64,000 nucleotides of DNA from Armatimonadota bacterium (GTDB lineage: Bacteria; Armatimonadota; HRBIN16), in assembly GCA_026003195.1 (NCBI GenBank), contig BPGU01000004.1, positions 70,317-134,316 on the forward strand. Direction: 5' to 3'. A program made the translations under genes and the position numbers. Position 1 is the first letter of the stretch. The number at the start of each line of letters is the position of its first letter. Of this stretch, positions 9,419-18,431 are shown one piece after another. The notes beneath the pieces are model-generated. The model saw only the letters and a list, made by a program, of their open reading frames with translations, made no database searches and was not told where the DNA came from.

Positions 9419-10753
9419 ATGCGCTTTCGAACGATGCTTGTGTCCTGCTTGCTGGTATTTTTGTGCGCTCTTGCCAGCGCACAGCGCAAGTACGATTTCG
9501 TGATGTTACCTGCGGATAGTGACCTCAACGCGAACGTTTCCCTGCAGGCGTTTACCAGTGGCACTTTAATCGGCAATTACGACCCCAATACCAACCCCAC
9601 GGGCACGCGCACTAAACCCGGGTTGTTCGGCAATTTTGGAGCTACAGAAAACGTGCCTGTGCCGGTGGAGGTGAACCCTTTGGTGGAAGGCAACGTGGCT
9701 TCCAAACCGGCAGGCACGTTCAGTATGGTGCTGCACCCTGAAGCGGGGCAGGTTGTGCTGCTCGATTTCTTTTCCGACCTGCTGCACTCCGGCGCGGTCA
9801 GCTTGCCTGCCAGCGCGGAGTTCGCCACCGATGGCTTTCGCACGCGCAATCCCACCTCCACTTACCCCGCCGGGCGGTTCACCGTACCGGTAGGAGAAAT
9901 TCTGGTGACTCAGCTGACCGCCACTCAGGTAGGCGAACCGGCGGTGGGCACGCTCAGCCCGCTGGGCGGTAATCGCTACGCATTCGCCGTTGCGCCGACG
10001 GTGGTGCTGACCGTGCGGGCGGAGCTACAGGGTAGCGTGCTGGAGAGCACCTCTAACCCGAATCCCCTTGCACTGGTCGGCGAGGTGGAGATACAGGGCG
10101 ATGCCGCCACCATCCTCTCGGTGAATGCCATCGACTGGTCGGATGTGGATACGCCGAACCAACCCATCCCGCAGTTCGCGATGGACCTGCCTACCGTTTT
10201 CCCGCCCGGCGACGTCGCACACCTGCTGTTTGACCTTACGCTGAACGAGGTGCGCACGCGCGTAAACGGAACCTACACCATCGCCGCCAGCGGTGTGGCG
10301 AGCTACCGCATGGTGAGCGGTACTGTCATGCTGGGCGACTATACCGCACCGACGGGCGGGTTGAACATCCCGATAGAGATACGCACTCCGGGCGAGACGA
10401 CACCTCTGGAGACGCACGTGGTTGCGCTCAACGATGCGGGCGAATATCAGTTCCAGACCGCGCTGTGGGGCACGTTTGACCTCTCTGCGAAAGGCGTGCA
10501 CTGGCTGAGGCACACAGTTTCAGGCATCTCGCTGGAGAAAAATGCGCAGGTGGACTTCACCTTGACAAACGGCGACATCGACGGCGATAATGAGGTGACG
10601 TTGTTCGATTTCGGTGCGCTGGTTGCCGCCTTCGGCAGCATGCCCGGCGATGCTCACTGGAACTCTGAGGCTGACCTGGACGGCGATGAGGAGGTGACGC
10701 TGTTCGATTTCGGTATCCTGGTGAGAAACTTCGGGGCGATAGGAGACGAGTAG
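9419..10753 (+). CDS. Secreted protein with C-terminal dockerin/EF-hand-like double repeat
   Basis: Signal peptide ending ASA; C-terminal GDIDGDNEVTLFDF...ADLDGDEEVTLFDF..FGAIGDE; RBS GAAAGGAG. Confidence 0.8.
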   Translation: MRFRTMLVSCLLVFLCALASAQRKYDFVMLPADSDLNANVSLQAFTSGTLIGNYDPNTNPTGTRTKPGLFGNFGATENVPVPVEVNPLVEGNVASKPAGTFSMVLHPEAGQVVLLDFFSDLLHSGAVSLPASAEFATDGFRTRNPTSTYPAGRFTVPVGEILVTQLTATQVGEPAVGTLSPLGGNRYAFAVAPTVVLTVRAELQGSVLESTSNPNPLALVGEVEIQGDAATILSVNAIDWSDVDTPNQPIPQFAMDLPTVFPPGDVAHLLFDLTLNEVRTRVNGTYTIAASGVASYRMVSGTVMLGDYTAPTGGLNIPIEIRTPGETTPLETHVVALNDAGEYQFQTALWGTFDLSAKGVHWLRHTVSGISLEKNAQVDFTLTNGDIDGDNEVTLFDFGALVAAFGSMPGDAHWNSEADLDGDEEVTLFDFGILVRNFGAIGDE

Positions 10754-11053
10754 ATGAGCCAACCCTTGATGACCAGACGTCAGTTCCATCTCGCACTGAT
10801 GACATCTGTAGTAGCTCTGGCTGCGCCCGGCGGAGCGCAGGAACCCTCTACACACTCAGTCGACACCTTGCCGGCAGATGTCGTTAACTCCTGGCTTCCC
10901 GCACCGATGCCTCCTGAGCAGGCGCAGAAGGTGGCGGAAGCGGTAAAATCCATGCAGCAAACGTTAGCAAACCTGCGCGCTTACCCTCTACCCGAAGGCT
11001 CCGAGCCTGCTTTCGTATTCCAACCCCGCCCCCTCAGAAAGGAGAAGCGATGA
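10754..11053 (+). CDS. Small protein with Tat-like signal; GatC/AtzG-like putative amidase partner
   Basis: TRRQF motif, hydrophobic stretch, C-terminal 'LRAYPLPEGSEPAFVF'; ATGA overlap with amidase. Confidence 0.7.
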   Translation: MSQPLMTRRQFHLALMTSVVALAAPGGAQEPSTHSVDTLPADVVNSWLPAPMPPEQAQKVAEAVKSMQQTLANLRAYPLPEGSEPAFVFQPRPLRKEKR

Positions 11054-12450
11054 GCGACGACCTGCTGTTCCTCACCGTCACCGAACAGGCGAAGCTACTC
11101 CAGTCACGCAAAATCTCTTCGGTAGAGCTCACAGAAGCTTACCTGCAGGCTTTGCGCACGCGCGGTACCATCCTGCACGCCGTCGCCGAAATCGCCGAAG
11201 AGGTTGCCATGCAGCAGGCACGACAGGCAGACAGAGAAATCGCTTCAGGTAAGTATCGCGGGGTACTGCATGGTATCCCCTACGGCGCCAAAGACCTCTT
11301 CGCCACGAAAGGCATCCCGACACGCTGGGGGTCGCCCGCTCACCGTGACCAGGTTTTGGACTATGACGCCACCGTCATCGAGCGTCTGCAAAAAGCGGGC
11401 GCAGTACTGGTTGCCAAGCTGGCGATGATCGAGCTGGCGGGCGCAGGGGGTTACGAATTTGCTCATGCCTCGGTGACGGGAGCCTGCCGGAACCCCTGGG
11501 ACACAACACGCTGGGCAGGTGGTTCCTCCAGCGGTTCGGGCGCGGCGGTCGCGGCGGGGGCGGTGAGCTTTGCACTGGGTACAGAAACATGGGGTTCCAT
11601 CACCGTGCCTGCCGCTTTCTGCGGGGTAACCGGACTGCGCCCAACCTACGGACGGGTGAGCCGCTATGGAGCGATGGCGTTATCCTGGACAATGGATAAG
11701 ATAGGCCCGATGGCTCGCAGTGCGGAAGACTGCGCCCACATCTTGCAGGCGATTGCTGGGCACGACCCGCGTGACCCATCGAGCGTGGACATGCCTTTCC
11801 GCTATCGCTTCTCCACGTGGCGCAACCACCGTTTCCGCATCGGCTTGCTGCCGGTGGACTTCGCGAAGAACAACGCACCTGATGCCGAACGGTGCTTTAT
11901 GGCGGCTCTGGAGGTGTTCAGGAAGCGTCGAGCGGAGTTTGTGGAAGTGAACCTGCCCGACCTGCCCTATAACGAGGCGGCGGAGGTTATTATCGTGGCG
12001 GAAGGCTCCTCTGCATTTGAGAACCTCATCCGCAGTGGTAAGGTGAACGAGCTGGCAGACCAGTCGCAGGTAACAGGCTTGCTCTCGGGGCTGGCACTCT
12101 CGGCGGTGGACTACCTGCGGGCGATGCGTGTTCGCGCCGAAGCCTCTCGTGCGGTAGCGGAGGTGTTTGAACAGTGTGACGTGCTGATGGCGCCAACCCT
12201 GCTGCAGAGTGCGCCGCCGGTCGATCGCAGTCTGAACGAGACATGGGTGAACATGGGTGGCAACGGCGGTTTCGCTAACCTGACAGGCTTGCCGTCGGTC
12301 TCCGTGCCGATGGGTTTCACTGCCAGCGGGTTGCCTCTGGGGCTGGAGATGATCGGCGCACCGTACGAGGAAGCGAAAATGCTGGCTCTGGCGCAGGTTT
12401 TCCAGCAGGAGACGGACTGGCATCGGAGGCGTCCACGTGCTCTGGGCTAA
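11050..12450 (+). CDS. Amidase signature family enzyme (GatA/AtzE-like)
   Basis: 'GIPYGAKD', GGSSSGSGAAVAAG, 'GTETWGSI' (Lys-cisSer-Ser triad). Confidence 0.93.
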   Translation: MSDDLLFLTVTEQAKLLQSRKISSVELTEAYLQALRTRGTILHAVAEIAEEVAMQQARQADREIASGKYRGVLHGIPYGAKDLFATKGIPTRWGSPAHRDQVLDYDATVIERLQKAGAVLVAKLAMIELAGAGGYEFAHASVTGACRNPWDTTRWAGGSSSGSGAAVAAGAVSFALGTETWGSITVPAAFCGVTGLRPTYGRVSRYGAMALSWTMDKIGPMARSAEDCAHILQAIAGHDPRDPSSVDMPFRYRFSTWRNHRFRIGLLPVDFAKNNAPDAERCFMAALEVFRKRRAEFVEVNLPDLPYNEAAEVIIVAEGSSAFENLIRSGKVNELADQSQVTGLLSGLALSAVDYLRAMRVRAEASRAVAEVFEQCDVLMAPTLLQSAPPVDRSLNETWVNMGGNGGFANLTGLPSVSVPMGFTASGLPLGLEMIGAPYEEAKMLALAQVFQQETDWHRRRPRALG

Positions 12451-12503
12451 AAGCAGGCATTGTATCTCGCCTCGCTATGGGTTTCTTTCCTTTAGAGTAT
12501 ACT

Positions 12504-13499
12504 CTACACCGTCACCGTCAGTCCTTCTTCGGGTATCCACTGACGCAGGTAGTCGGCGTTGCGCTTCAGATCGTCCAGAATAACATCCTCGCGCTTGGTG
12601 GAGCCGGGGATGATTTCACAGATCAGATAGATGTTCTGTGGCAGGGGTAGCCACTCTGCCCACGGCTGCTCATCGCGCCAACGCAGGCTCTCGGCGATGG
12701 CATCCAGCACCTTCGGTATCTCGATATGCCCCTTCGCGTTGTATTCAGGGGTGAAGGGCCAGTGTGCGCTGGCGTCGGGCGTGGTCTGCTGCAGGTGTAT
12801 CACCTCCGCCGCCGTGCCGAAGCGGCGCAGCCATTCGGTGTAGTCCAGGTCGGCACCGCTCAAGCCGTAGTGCATCCCGGCGCAGTGCCCCACGTCCAGC
12901 GTCAGATAAACGGGTATGCCCTTGCGCTCACGGTTCACTTCCACCAGAAAGCGTTCCGCTTCGGCTAAGGTCCAGGGCGATTCGCTGGGGATGTACATCT
13001 GCTCCTGATACAGCGCGCGGATACCCTTCTGCGCCAGCGCTTCGGAGAGTTCGCGGAAGATGGCGTACTGTCGGTGCAATGCCTCTTCGTGGCGCGCGGG
13101 GTCGGAGAGTACCTCCACCGAGAAAGCGTCCCAGTGACCGCCGATAGCATCCACCCCCATCGCGCTGGCGATGTCGGCGCACTCGATAATCCACTCTTTC
13201 ATACGCTGGCGCACGCGCGGGTCGGAATGACTCAAACCGTGAAATCGGTGCGTGGCAACGCCGGTGTAGATGTCGTTGATGAACACACCGTACTTCTGCG
13301 CCGCTTCGCGGGTCGCGTGGGCTGTCTCTATTTGATACTCTTTGTCGCCGGAGAAGAAGGGGTCCAACACATCTGCACAAAACGAATGCACCCGATAACC
13401 GCATTCGCGGGTCAGGCGCATCCAGTTTTCGGGTTCCTCCCATCGGCGCGTGAGAAATGCGCCATTGATGCCCAACCATAGCTTGACGCTCTTGCTCAT
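12504..13499 (-). CDS. TIM-barrel sugar-phosphate epimerase/isomerase, EryC-like
   Basis: Metal ligands E(QM), D(VGH), H(LQQ); 'HWPFTPEYNAKGHI' resembles the EryC C-terminal motif as I recall it. Confidence 0.75.
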   Translation of the reverse strand: MSKSVKLWLGINGAFLTRRWEEPENWMRLTRECGYRVHSFCADVLDPFFSGDKEYQIETAHATREAAQKYGVFINDIYTGVATHRFHGLSHSDPRVRQRMKEWIIECADIASAMGVDAIGGHWDAFSVEVLSDPARHEEALHRQYAIFRELSEALAQKGIRALYQEQMYIPSESPWTLAEAERFLVEVNRERKGIPVYLTLDVGHCAGMHYGLSGADLDYTEWLRRFGTAAEVIHLQQTTPDASAHWPFTPEYNAKGHIEIPKVLDAIAESLRWRDEQPWAEWLPLPQNIYLICEIIPGSTKREDVILDDLKRNADYLRQWIPEEGLTVTV

Positions 13500-13834
13500 G
13501 CTTCCTCCTCAAACGGTTGCCAGCGACAGGATGTCATATCTACCCGTCCGTCCTCGTGGAACCGTACACCCTCTTGCTGCAGCAGGTGACGTTGCAGAGC
13601 CGCCATGCGCGGGTCGCGTTTGGCAATCAGCAGGTCGCCCTCTTTGCCGACCACGCGCCACCAGGGAACACTGTCAGGAGCGTGGTACATCACCCTCCCC
13701 ACGATGCGTGCAGAGAGAGGTGGTACCATCCAGTCGCCCACCTGCCCGTACGACATCACCCTGCCAGCAGGAATCTGCCGCACCAGGTCATATACCTCTT
13801 GCATCAGGTTTGCGCCGATTCGCTGGCGTAACAT
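13496..13834 (-). CDS. Alkyltransferase-like (ATL/YbaZ) protein
   Basis: 'IPAGRVMSYGQV', 'ARIVG', PWWRV in place of MGMT PCHR, 'LLQQEGV'; start 13834 or 13804. Confidence 0.88.
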   Translation of the reverse strand: MLRQRIGANLMQEVYDLVRQIPAGRVMSYGQVGDWMVPPLSARIVGRVMYHAPDSVPWWRVVGKEGDLLIAKRDPRMAALQRHLLQQEGVRFHEDGRVDMTSCRWQPFEEEA

Positions 13835-14067
13835 TTTCTGGGTTACTGCAGTCTGTATGATGGACGGACGGCAGCACATTTCGCTGTAGAAACAGCGTAT
13901 TCCTGCCATGATGAGTACAGGGCAGGAAGGAGGGAGGTCTTTTCGTGGTGGACAGGCTGTTTCGGGGCAAAACACAAGCGACGCTTTGGCGCGAAGCTCT
14001 CTCTACGACTCTGTTCTTGTGGAAGACAAGCACCGATTTCGCGCGCTCTGCAGGAAAGGGAGGCAGA

Positions 14068-14994
14068 ATGTCGGCTCTTCTGCGCATAATGCTCTGGACG
14101 GCGATGGTGTTGCTGGTGCATGTGGCGGCTGTGGCTCAGCAGGCACCGGTTCAGACGACGCCGCAGCTGTTCCGCTACCGTTTTGAGCCGGGCACTCCAG
14201 CAAAGTATCGGGTGAGCGCACAGATGTCGGGCACTTTGCCGTTGTTCGGTGGCTTGCCGGTAGAAAAGGTGCTGCTGGATATGACGGTAGTGTTGAAGGC
14301 GCGTCAGGTGCGTCCCGACGGCAACGTGGAACTGGGTATTGATGTGGAGACGTTCAAAGCGGAGATGGACGGGCAAGCGTTGCCGTTGCCGGTAGACCGT
14401 CTGCGTGCCAGTGTGCGCGACCTGGTGTTTGTGGTCACTCCACAGGGCGAGATCGTGGAGCGGAAAGGGGGAGGCGCAATGCCTTTCAGTATACCCATTC
14501 CGGGCATAGAAGCGAGCCAGCTGCCCTTGCTGGTGCTTCAACTGGTGTTTCCTCGCGAACCCCTCTCCAGAGAGCAGGAATGGAGCTATACTCGCGCCAT
14601 GACCACCCTCCCTAACGACACTCCTGCCCAGTTCACGGCACGATGGCTCAAAGAGGAGGCGGTGCACCATCTGGACGCCTCGCTGTTTCATCAGAAGATG
14701 CACTGGAGCCGCTCGTTCAAAGCGGACGTCTTTGACCTGCCTACCACCGACGAGAGCCTGATGGTCAAACAGATAGAACAGACCGTCAACGGCGAGGCGC
14801 AGATATGGTTCAGCCGCGCCGACGGCAGGCTGGTCAAAGCGGTGCTGGATGCACAATATGAGCAGCGGGCTCGCCTGCTGAATCCCGGCGAAACCGCCTC
14901 ACAACCCGCTCCGGCACGATTAACAGCCAGAGTGCAAATCACCCGCGAGGAACTGCTTTCTCGCGAGCAGCAAAACGGACAAACCGAAAGATAG
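14068..14994 (+). CDS. Secreted beta-rich hypothetical protein (DUF6263-like)
   Basis: RBS GGGAGG, signal peptide, 'FRYRFEPG..AKYRV', 'FP...L..EQEW', 'WFSRADGRLVK' shared with the next gene. Confidence 0.7.
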   Translation: MSALLRIMLWTAMVLLVHVAAVAQQAPVQTTPQLFRYRFEPGTPAKYRVSAQMSGTLPLFGGLPVEKVLLDMTVVLKARQVRPDGNVELGIDVETFKAEMDGQALPLPVDRLRASVRDLVFVVTPQGEIVERKGGGAMPFSIPIPGIEASQLPLLVLQLVFPREPLSREQEWSYTRAMTTLPNDTPAQFTARWLKEEAVHHLDASLFHQKMHWSRSFKADVFDLPTTDESLMVKQIEQTVNGEAQIWFSRADGRLVKAVLDAQYEQRARLLNPGETASQPAPARLTARVQITREELLSREQQNGQTER

Positions 14995-15009
14995 AAAGGG
15001 GTACGACAC

Positions 15010-15885
15010 ATGAGGTTCATGACACGATTTTTGACAGCGATGGCAGTTGTCACTTTGCTTACGGTAACAGTATTGCCTGCACTGGCGCAAGAGGGCTACA
15101 AACTGCGCCACGTCTTCAAGGTCAACGACATCCGCCGTTACAAGATGGTCATGGATATGAACGGCGAGATGCAGATGGGCGAGAACTCCATGCCCCAGAA
15201 CATGCAGATGGTGATGACCTATCGCGAAAAGGTAGCGGGCATCAAGGACGGCAAGGCGACCGTCCACACTACCTTCGAAGGAACGAAGATGTACATGAAC
15301 GGTCAGGAGTTCGTCTCGCCGATGGCTCCCGACATGAACAACATGGTCATCACCACAGTGATCGACGACCGCAACAAAGTGTATGAAATCAAGGGGCTGG
15401 AAAAGGTATCTATGGGCGCGCCCGGTATGGGCATCCTGAACATCGTCACGGTGTTCAATCCGCGTGCTGAGTTTCCCGAAGGAGAGATTAAAGTAGGCGA
15501 CTCGTGGGAGACCAAGGTGTACATTCCCAACGCGGGCGACCTGAAGATCACGGCCAAACAAACCTTTGTGAGCGTGGAGAAGGTCGGAGAGGTGGAAGCT
15601 GCCCGCATCAAGACCGAGTTCGAAATACCTTCTGAGAAGCTGATGGCAGCAATGGCAGGGCAATCTCCTGCGGGCGTCCCTCCCATGACGGGGACCTCCA
15701 AGATGGTGTCATACACCTACTTCGATCTTGCCACCGGCAACATTCTGAAGATGGATGGCGACATGGTCATGAGCATGCAGATGCTGGGCGGTGCGAACCG
15801 GCAGATGCCGCAGAACATGCAAATGAACATGACCGCCAAGATATCGCTGATGCAGGTGAAAGAGGAGAAGCCAGCGGGGAAATAA
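15010..15885 (+). CDS. Secreted Met-rich beta protein (DUF6263-like), distant paralogue of the upstream gene
   Basis: Signal peptide ending ALA; 'LRHVFKV', 'FPEGEIKVGDSW', 'YFDLATGNILK'. Confidence 0.75.
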   Translation: MRFMTRFLTAMAVVTLLTVTVLPALAQEGYKLRHVFKVNDIRRYKMVMDMNGEMQMGENSMPQNMQMVMTYREKVAGIKDGKATVHTTFEGTKMYMNGQEFVSPMAPDMNNMVITTVIDDRNKVYEIKGLEKVSMGAPGMGILNIVTVFNPRAEFPEGEIKVGDSWETKVYIPNAGDLKITAKQTFVSVEKVGEVEAARIKTEFEIPSEKLMAAMAGQSPAGVPPMTGTSKMVSYTYFDLATGNILKMDGDMVMSMQMLGGANRQMPQNMQMNMTAKISLMQVKEEKPAGK

Positions 15886-15901
15886 GCCACATCTTCATCA
15901 G

Positions 15902-15970
15902 GGGGATTGCTTCGGCACCTCCTGCCATGCAACGTCATGGCAAGGCAGCGTAGCAACCGAAGCAATCTCC
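15902..15970. repeat. REP-like inverted repeat (GATTGCTTCGG...CCGAAGCAATC)
   Basis: GGGGATTGCTTCGG pairs with CCGAAGCAATCTCC; inner TGCCATG..CATGGCA hairpin. Confidence 0.6.
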
Positions 15971-15996
15971 CAGTGCATCTTTATGCTGGATAAAAA

Positions 15997-16914
15997 ATGC
16001 CTCACCTTATCACACTCCGCACCGTCGCGATGGGCTGCGACTTCGAAGTATTCGCCTTCGGAGAAGAGAGAGGGCTATTGCGCTCCGCTGCAGAGGCGGC
16101 TGTCGAGGAGATAGAGCGCATCGAGCAGCTGCTCAGCCACTATCTCCCCGAGAGTGAAATCAGCTACCTCAATGCCCACGCCGCCATCGAGCCAGTGCGT
16201 GTACATCCCGAAGTGTTCGCTCTGATAGAGCGCGCGCTACGCCTTTCCGAAGAGACACAGGGAGCGTTCGACATTACCGTGATGCCGTTGATACAGTGCT
16301 GGGGGTTCTTCGCGGGTGTTGGGCAGATACCGGATGCTCAAACTGTGGCGCAGGCTGTGGAACGGGTGGGGTCTTCGCGTCTCCTTTTGAATACGGAGAA
16401 TCTGACTGTTGCCTTTGACCGCGAGGGCGTACAGGTGCATCTGGGCGCTATCGGCAAGGGATATGCGGTGGACAAGGCGATAGAAGTGTTGCGTGACGCC
16501 GGTGTGGAAGCGGCGATGGTGCACGGTGGACATAGCAGTGTGCGGGCGTACGGAACCCCTCCCGATACGGGAGGCTGGCAGATAAACCTCCCCCATCCCC
16601 TGTATCCTGAACGTAGCCTTGCCCACTTACTGCTGCGCAATCGGGCAATATCCACCTCATCAGCAACCGAGCAGTACTTCGAGCGCGGCGGGCGGCGGTA
16701 TGGGCATATTCTGGACCCCCGCACGGGCTTGCCAGTGGAAAACAACCTGCTCTGTGTGAGCGTGCTCGCGGATGAGGCAGCGGTGACCGATGCGCTCTCG
16801 ACCGCCTTCTTCGTGCTGGGTGAAAGAGGGGTTCGGGAATACGTTGCCTCGCATGCGGGGGTGCAGGTAGCTCTACTGCGACAGGATGGCGAGCAGATCG
16901 AGTGGATAGGCTGA
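15997..16914 (+). CDS. apbE: FAD:protein FMN transferase
   Basis: 'AMGC', 'GAFDIT', 'LGAIGKGYAVD', 'HILDPRTG', 'DALSTA'; no signal peptide or lipobox. Confidence 0.93.
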   Translation: MPHLITLRTVAMGCDFEVFAFGEERGLLRSAAEAAVEEIERIEQLLSHYLPESEISYLNAHAAIEPVRVHPEVFALIERALRLSEETQGAFDITVMPLIQCWGFFAGVGQIPDAQTVAQAVERVGSSRLLLNTENLTVAFDREGVQVHLGAIGKGYAVDKAIEVLRDAGVEAAMVHGGHSSVRAYGTPPDTGGWQINLPHPLYPERSLAHLLLRNRAISTSSATEQYFERGGRRYGHILDPRTGLPVENNLLCVSVLADEAAVTDALSTAFFVLGERGVREYVASHAGVQVALLRQDGEQIEWIG

Positions 16915-17028
16915 GGTGCTTTGGGCAGGAGAACATCCCCAGATTTGTGAAGTATAATGTGTACGGCGAAGATATTCGCCGACAACATTGGCTGCGGTTC
17001 TGAAGCGGTTTGAGGAGGTTGAGGTTTC

Positions 17029-18387
17029 ATGTTCAAAGACAAGCATATTCAGGTATCCCGGCGCGAGTTTTTGCGCGACTCGGCATGGGCTGCTGCCGCT
17101 GCCGCCTTCGCAGCAGCATTTCAGGAGAGACTGGAGGCGCAACAGAAAAAGGGCCAGCCTGCCAGGACACAACCAGCAAAGCCAGCGACGCAACAAGCAA
17201 AACCCACGCCACAACCCGCCCGCAACCTGCCCCCGGTGAACATCGGTTTTATCGGCACGGGCACACAGGGGCAAACGCTGCTGCAACGCCTTGTGCGTAT
17301 CCCCGGTGTGCGCGTGCTGGCGGTGTGCGACATCTATCCACCGCATCTGTCGCGAGGGTTGCGTATGGCGGGTGCGCAGGCAAAAGGCTACGAGGACTAT
17401 CGGCAGGTTCTGGACAGAAAAGACATTGATGCGGTCATTATCGCAACGCCCCTATACCTGCACGCCCCCATGAGCATCGACGCCCTGCAGGCAGGCAAAC
17501 ATGTGTTCTGTGAAAAGACGATGGCTTATTCCGTGGAGGATGCGCGACGCATGGTGCAGGTCTCCCGTGAGACGGGCAAGCATCTGCAAATCGGACACCA
17601 GCGCCACTACAGCCCCATCTACGCGCACGCTCGCGAGATGATGGTGGAGCAAGAGGTTATCGGCAAGCTGGTACATGTGCGCGCATGGTGGCATCGCAAT
17701 AACTCGTGGCGGCGCCCCGTGCCCGATAAAAAGTACGAGGAGCTGCTGAACTGGAGGCTCTACCGCAAGTACTCACAGGGGCTGATGGCGGAGCTCGCCA
17801 GCCACCAGATAGACGTGGTCAACTGGTTTACCGGTGCAACGCCCATTTCGGTGATGGGCATGGGTGGAATCGACTACTGGAAGGACGAGCGTGAGGTATG
17901 GGATAACGTGGAGGTTATCTACGAATATCCCGACGGCGTGAAGGTCGTTTACACCTCTATCCTGTCTAACCAGTACGATGGCTATGCCGAGCAGTTCATG
18001 GGCGACAAAGGCACGTTGCTGCTCACGAACGAGAAGGACGGCTTCCTGTTCAAAGAGCCCACCGCGGAAGAACTCGGCTGGGAAGCACACGCCAAGAAAG
18101 CCGCAGGCAAGGGAGGCACCACCGGTCTGGTGCTGGATGTCACTGCCACCAAGAAGAGAGGCACTGGGGCGGTTATCGGTGGGCAGAAGATGGCGGCGGG
18201 CTATGAGCTGAAGGATGCCTACACTCTGGAGCTGGAAAGCTTCGTCAACGACGTGGTACGCAACGGGCAAAAACCGCTGTGCGACGCGGAAGTAGGTTTC
18301 AAAACAGCGGTCGCCGTGCTGATGGCAAACAAAGCCATCGAGGAGGGCACAAAGGTGACCTTTACACCCGACATGTTCCAGGTGTAA
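17029..18387 (+). CDS. Tat-exported Gfo/Idh/MocA oxidoreductase
   Basis: SRREFL twin-arginine signal, GTGTQG Rossmann motif, CEKT, 'ELASHQID'. Confidence 0.92.
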   Translation: MFKDKHIQVSRREFLRDSAWAAAAAAFAAAFQERLEAQQKKGQPARTQPAKPATQQAKPTPQPARNLPPVNIGFIGTGTQGQTLLQRLVRIPGVRVLAVCDIYPPHLSRGLRMAGAQAKGYEDYRQVLDRKDIDAVIIATPLYLHAPMSIDALQAGKHVFCEKTMAYSVEDARRMVQVSRETGKHLQIGHQRHYSPIYAHAREMMVEQEVIGKLVHVRAWWHRNNSWRRPVPDKKYEELLNWRLYRKYSQGLMAELASHQIDVVNWFTGATPISVMGMGGIDYWKDEREVWDNVEVIYEYPDGVKVVYTSILSNQYDGYAEQFMGDKGTLLLTNEKDGFLFKEPTAEELGWEAHAKKAAGKGGTTGLVLDVTATKKRGTGAVIGGQKMAAGYELKDAYTLELESFVNDVVRNGQKPLCDAEVGFKTAVAVLMANKAIEEGTKVTFTPDMFQV

Positions 18388-18392
18388 CCGCA

Positions 18393-18426
18393 GGGGCAGG
18401 GGCAGAGCTCTGCCCGCCCCTTTCTC
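18393..18426 (+). terminator. Hairpin terminator between convergent genes
   Basis: GGGGCAGGGGCAGAG/CTCTGCCCGCCCC followed by TTTCT. Confidence 0.6.
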
Positions 18427-18431
18427 ACTGC

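Noticed and set aside
11050-12450. Calling the amidase gatA
   Set aside because: No gatB nearby; the GTETWGS motif and a Tat-bearing partner argue for a different amidase
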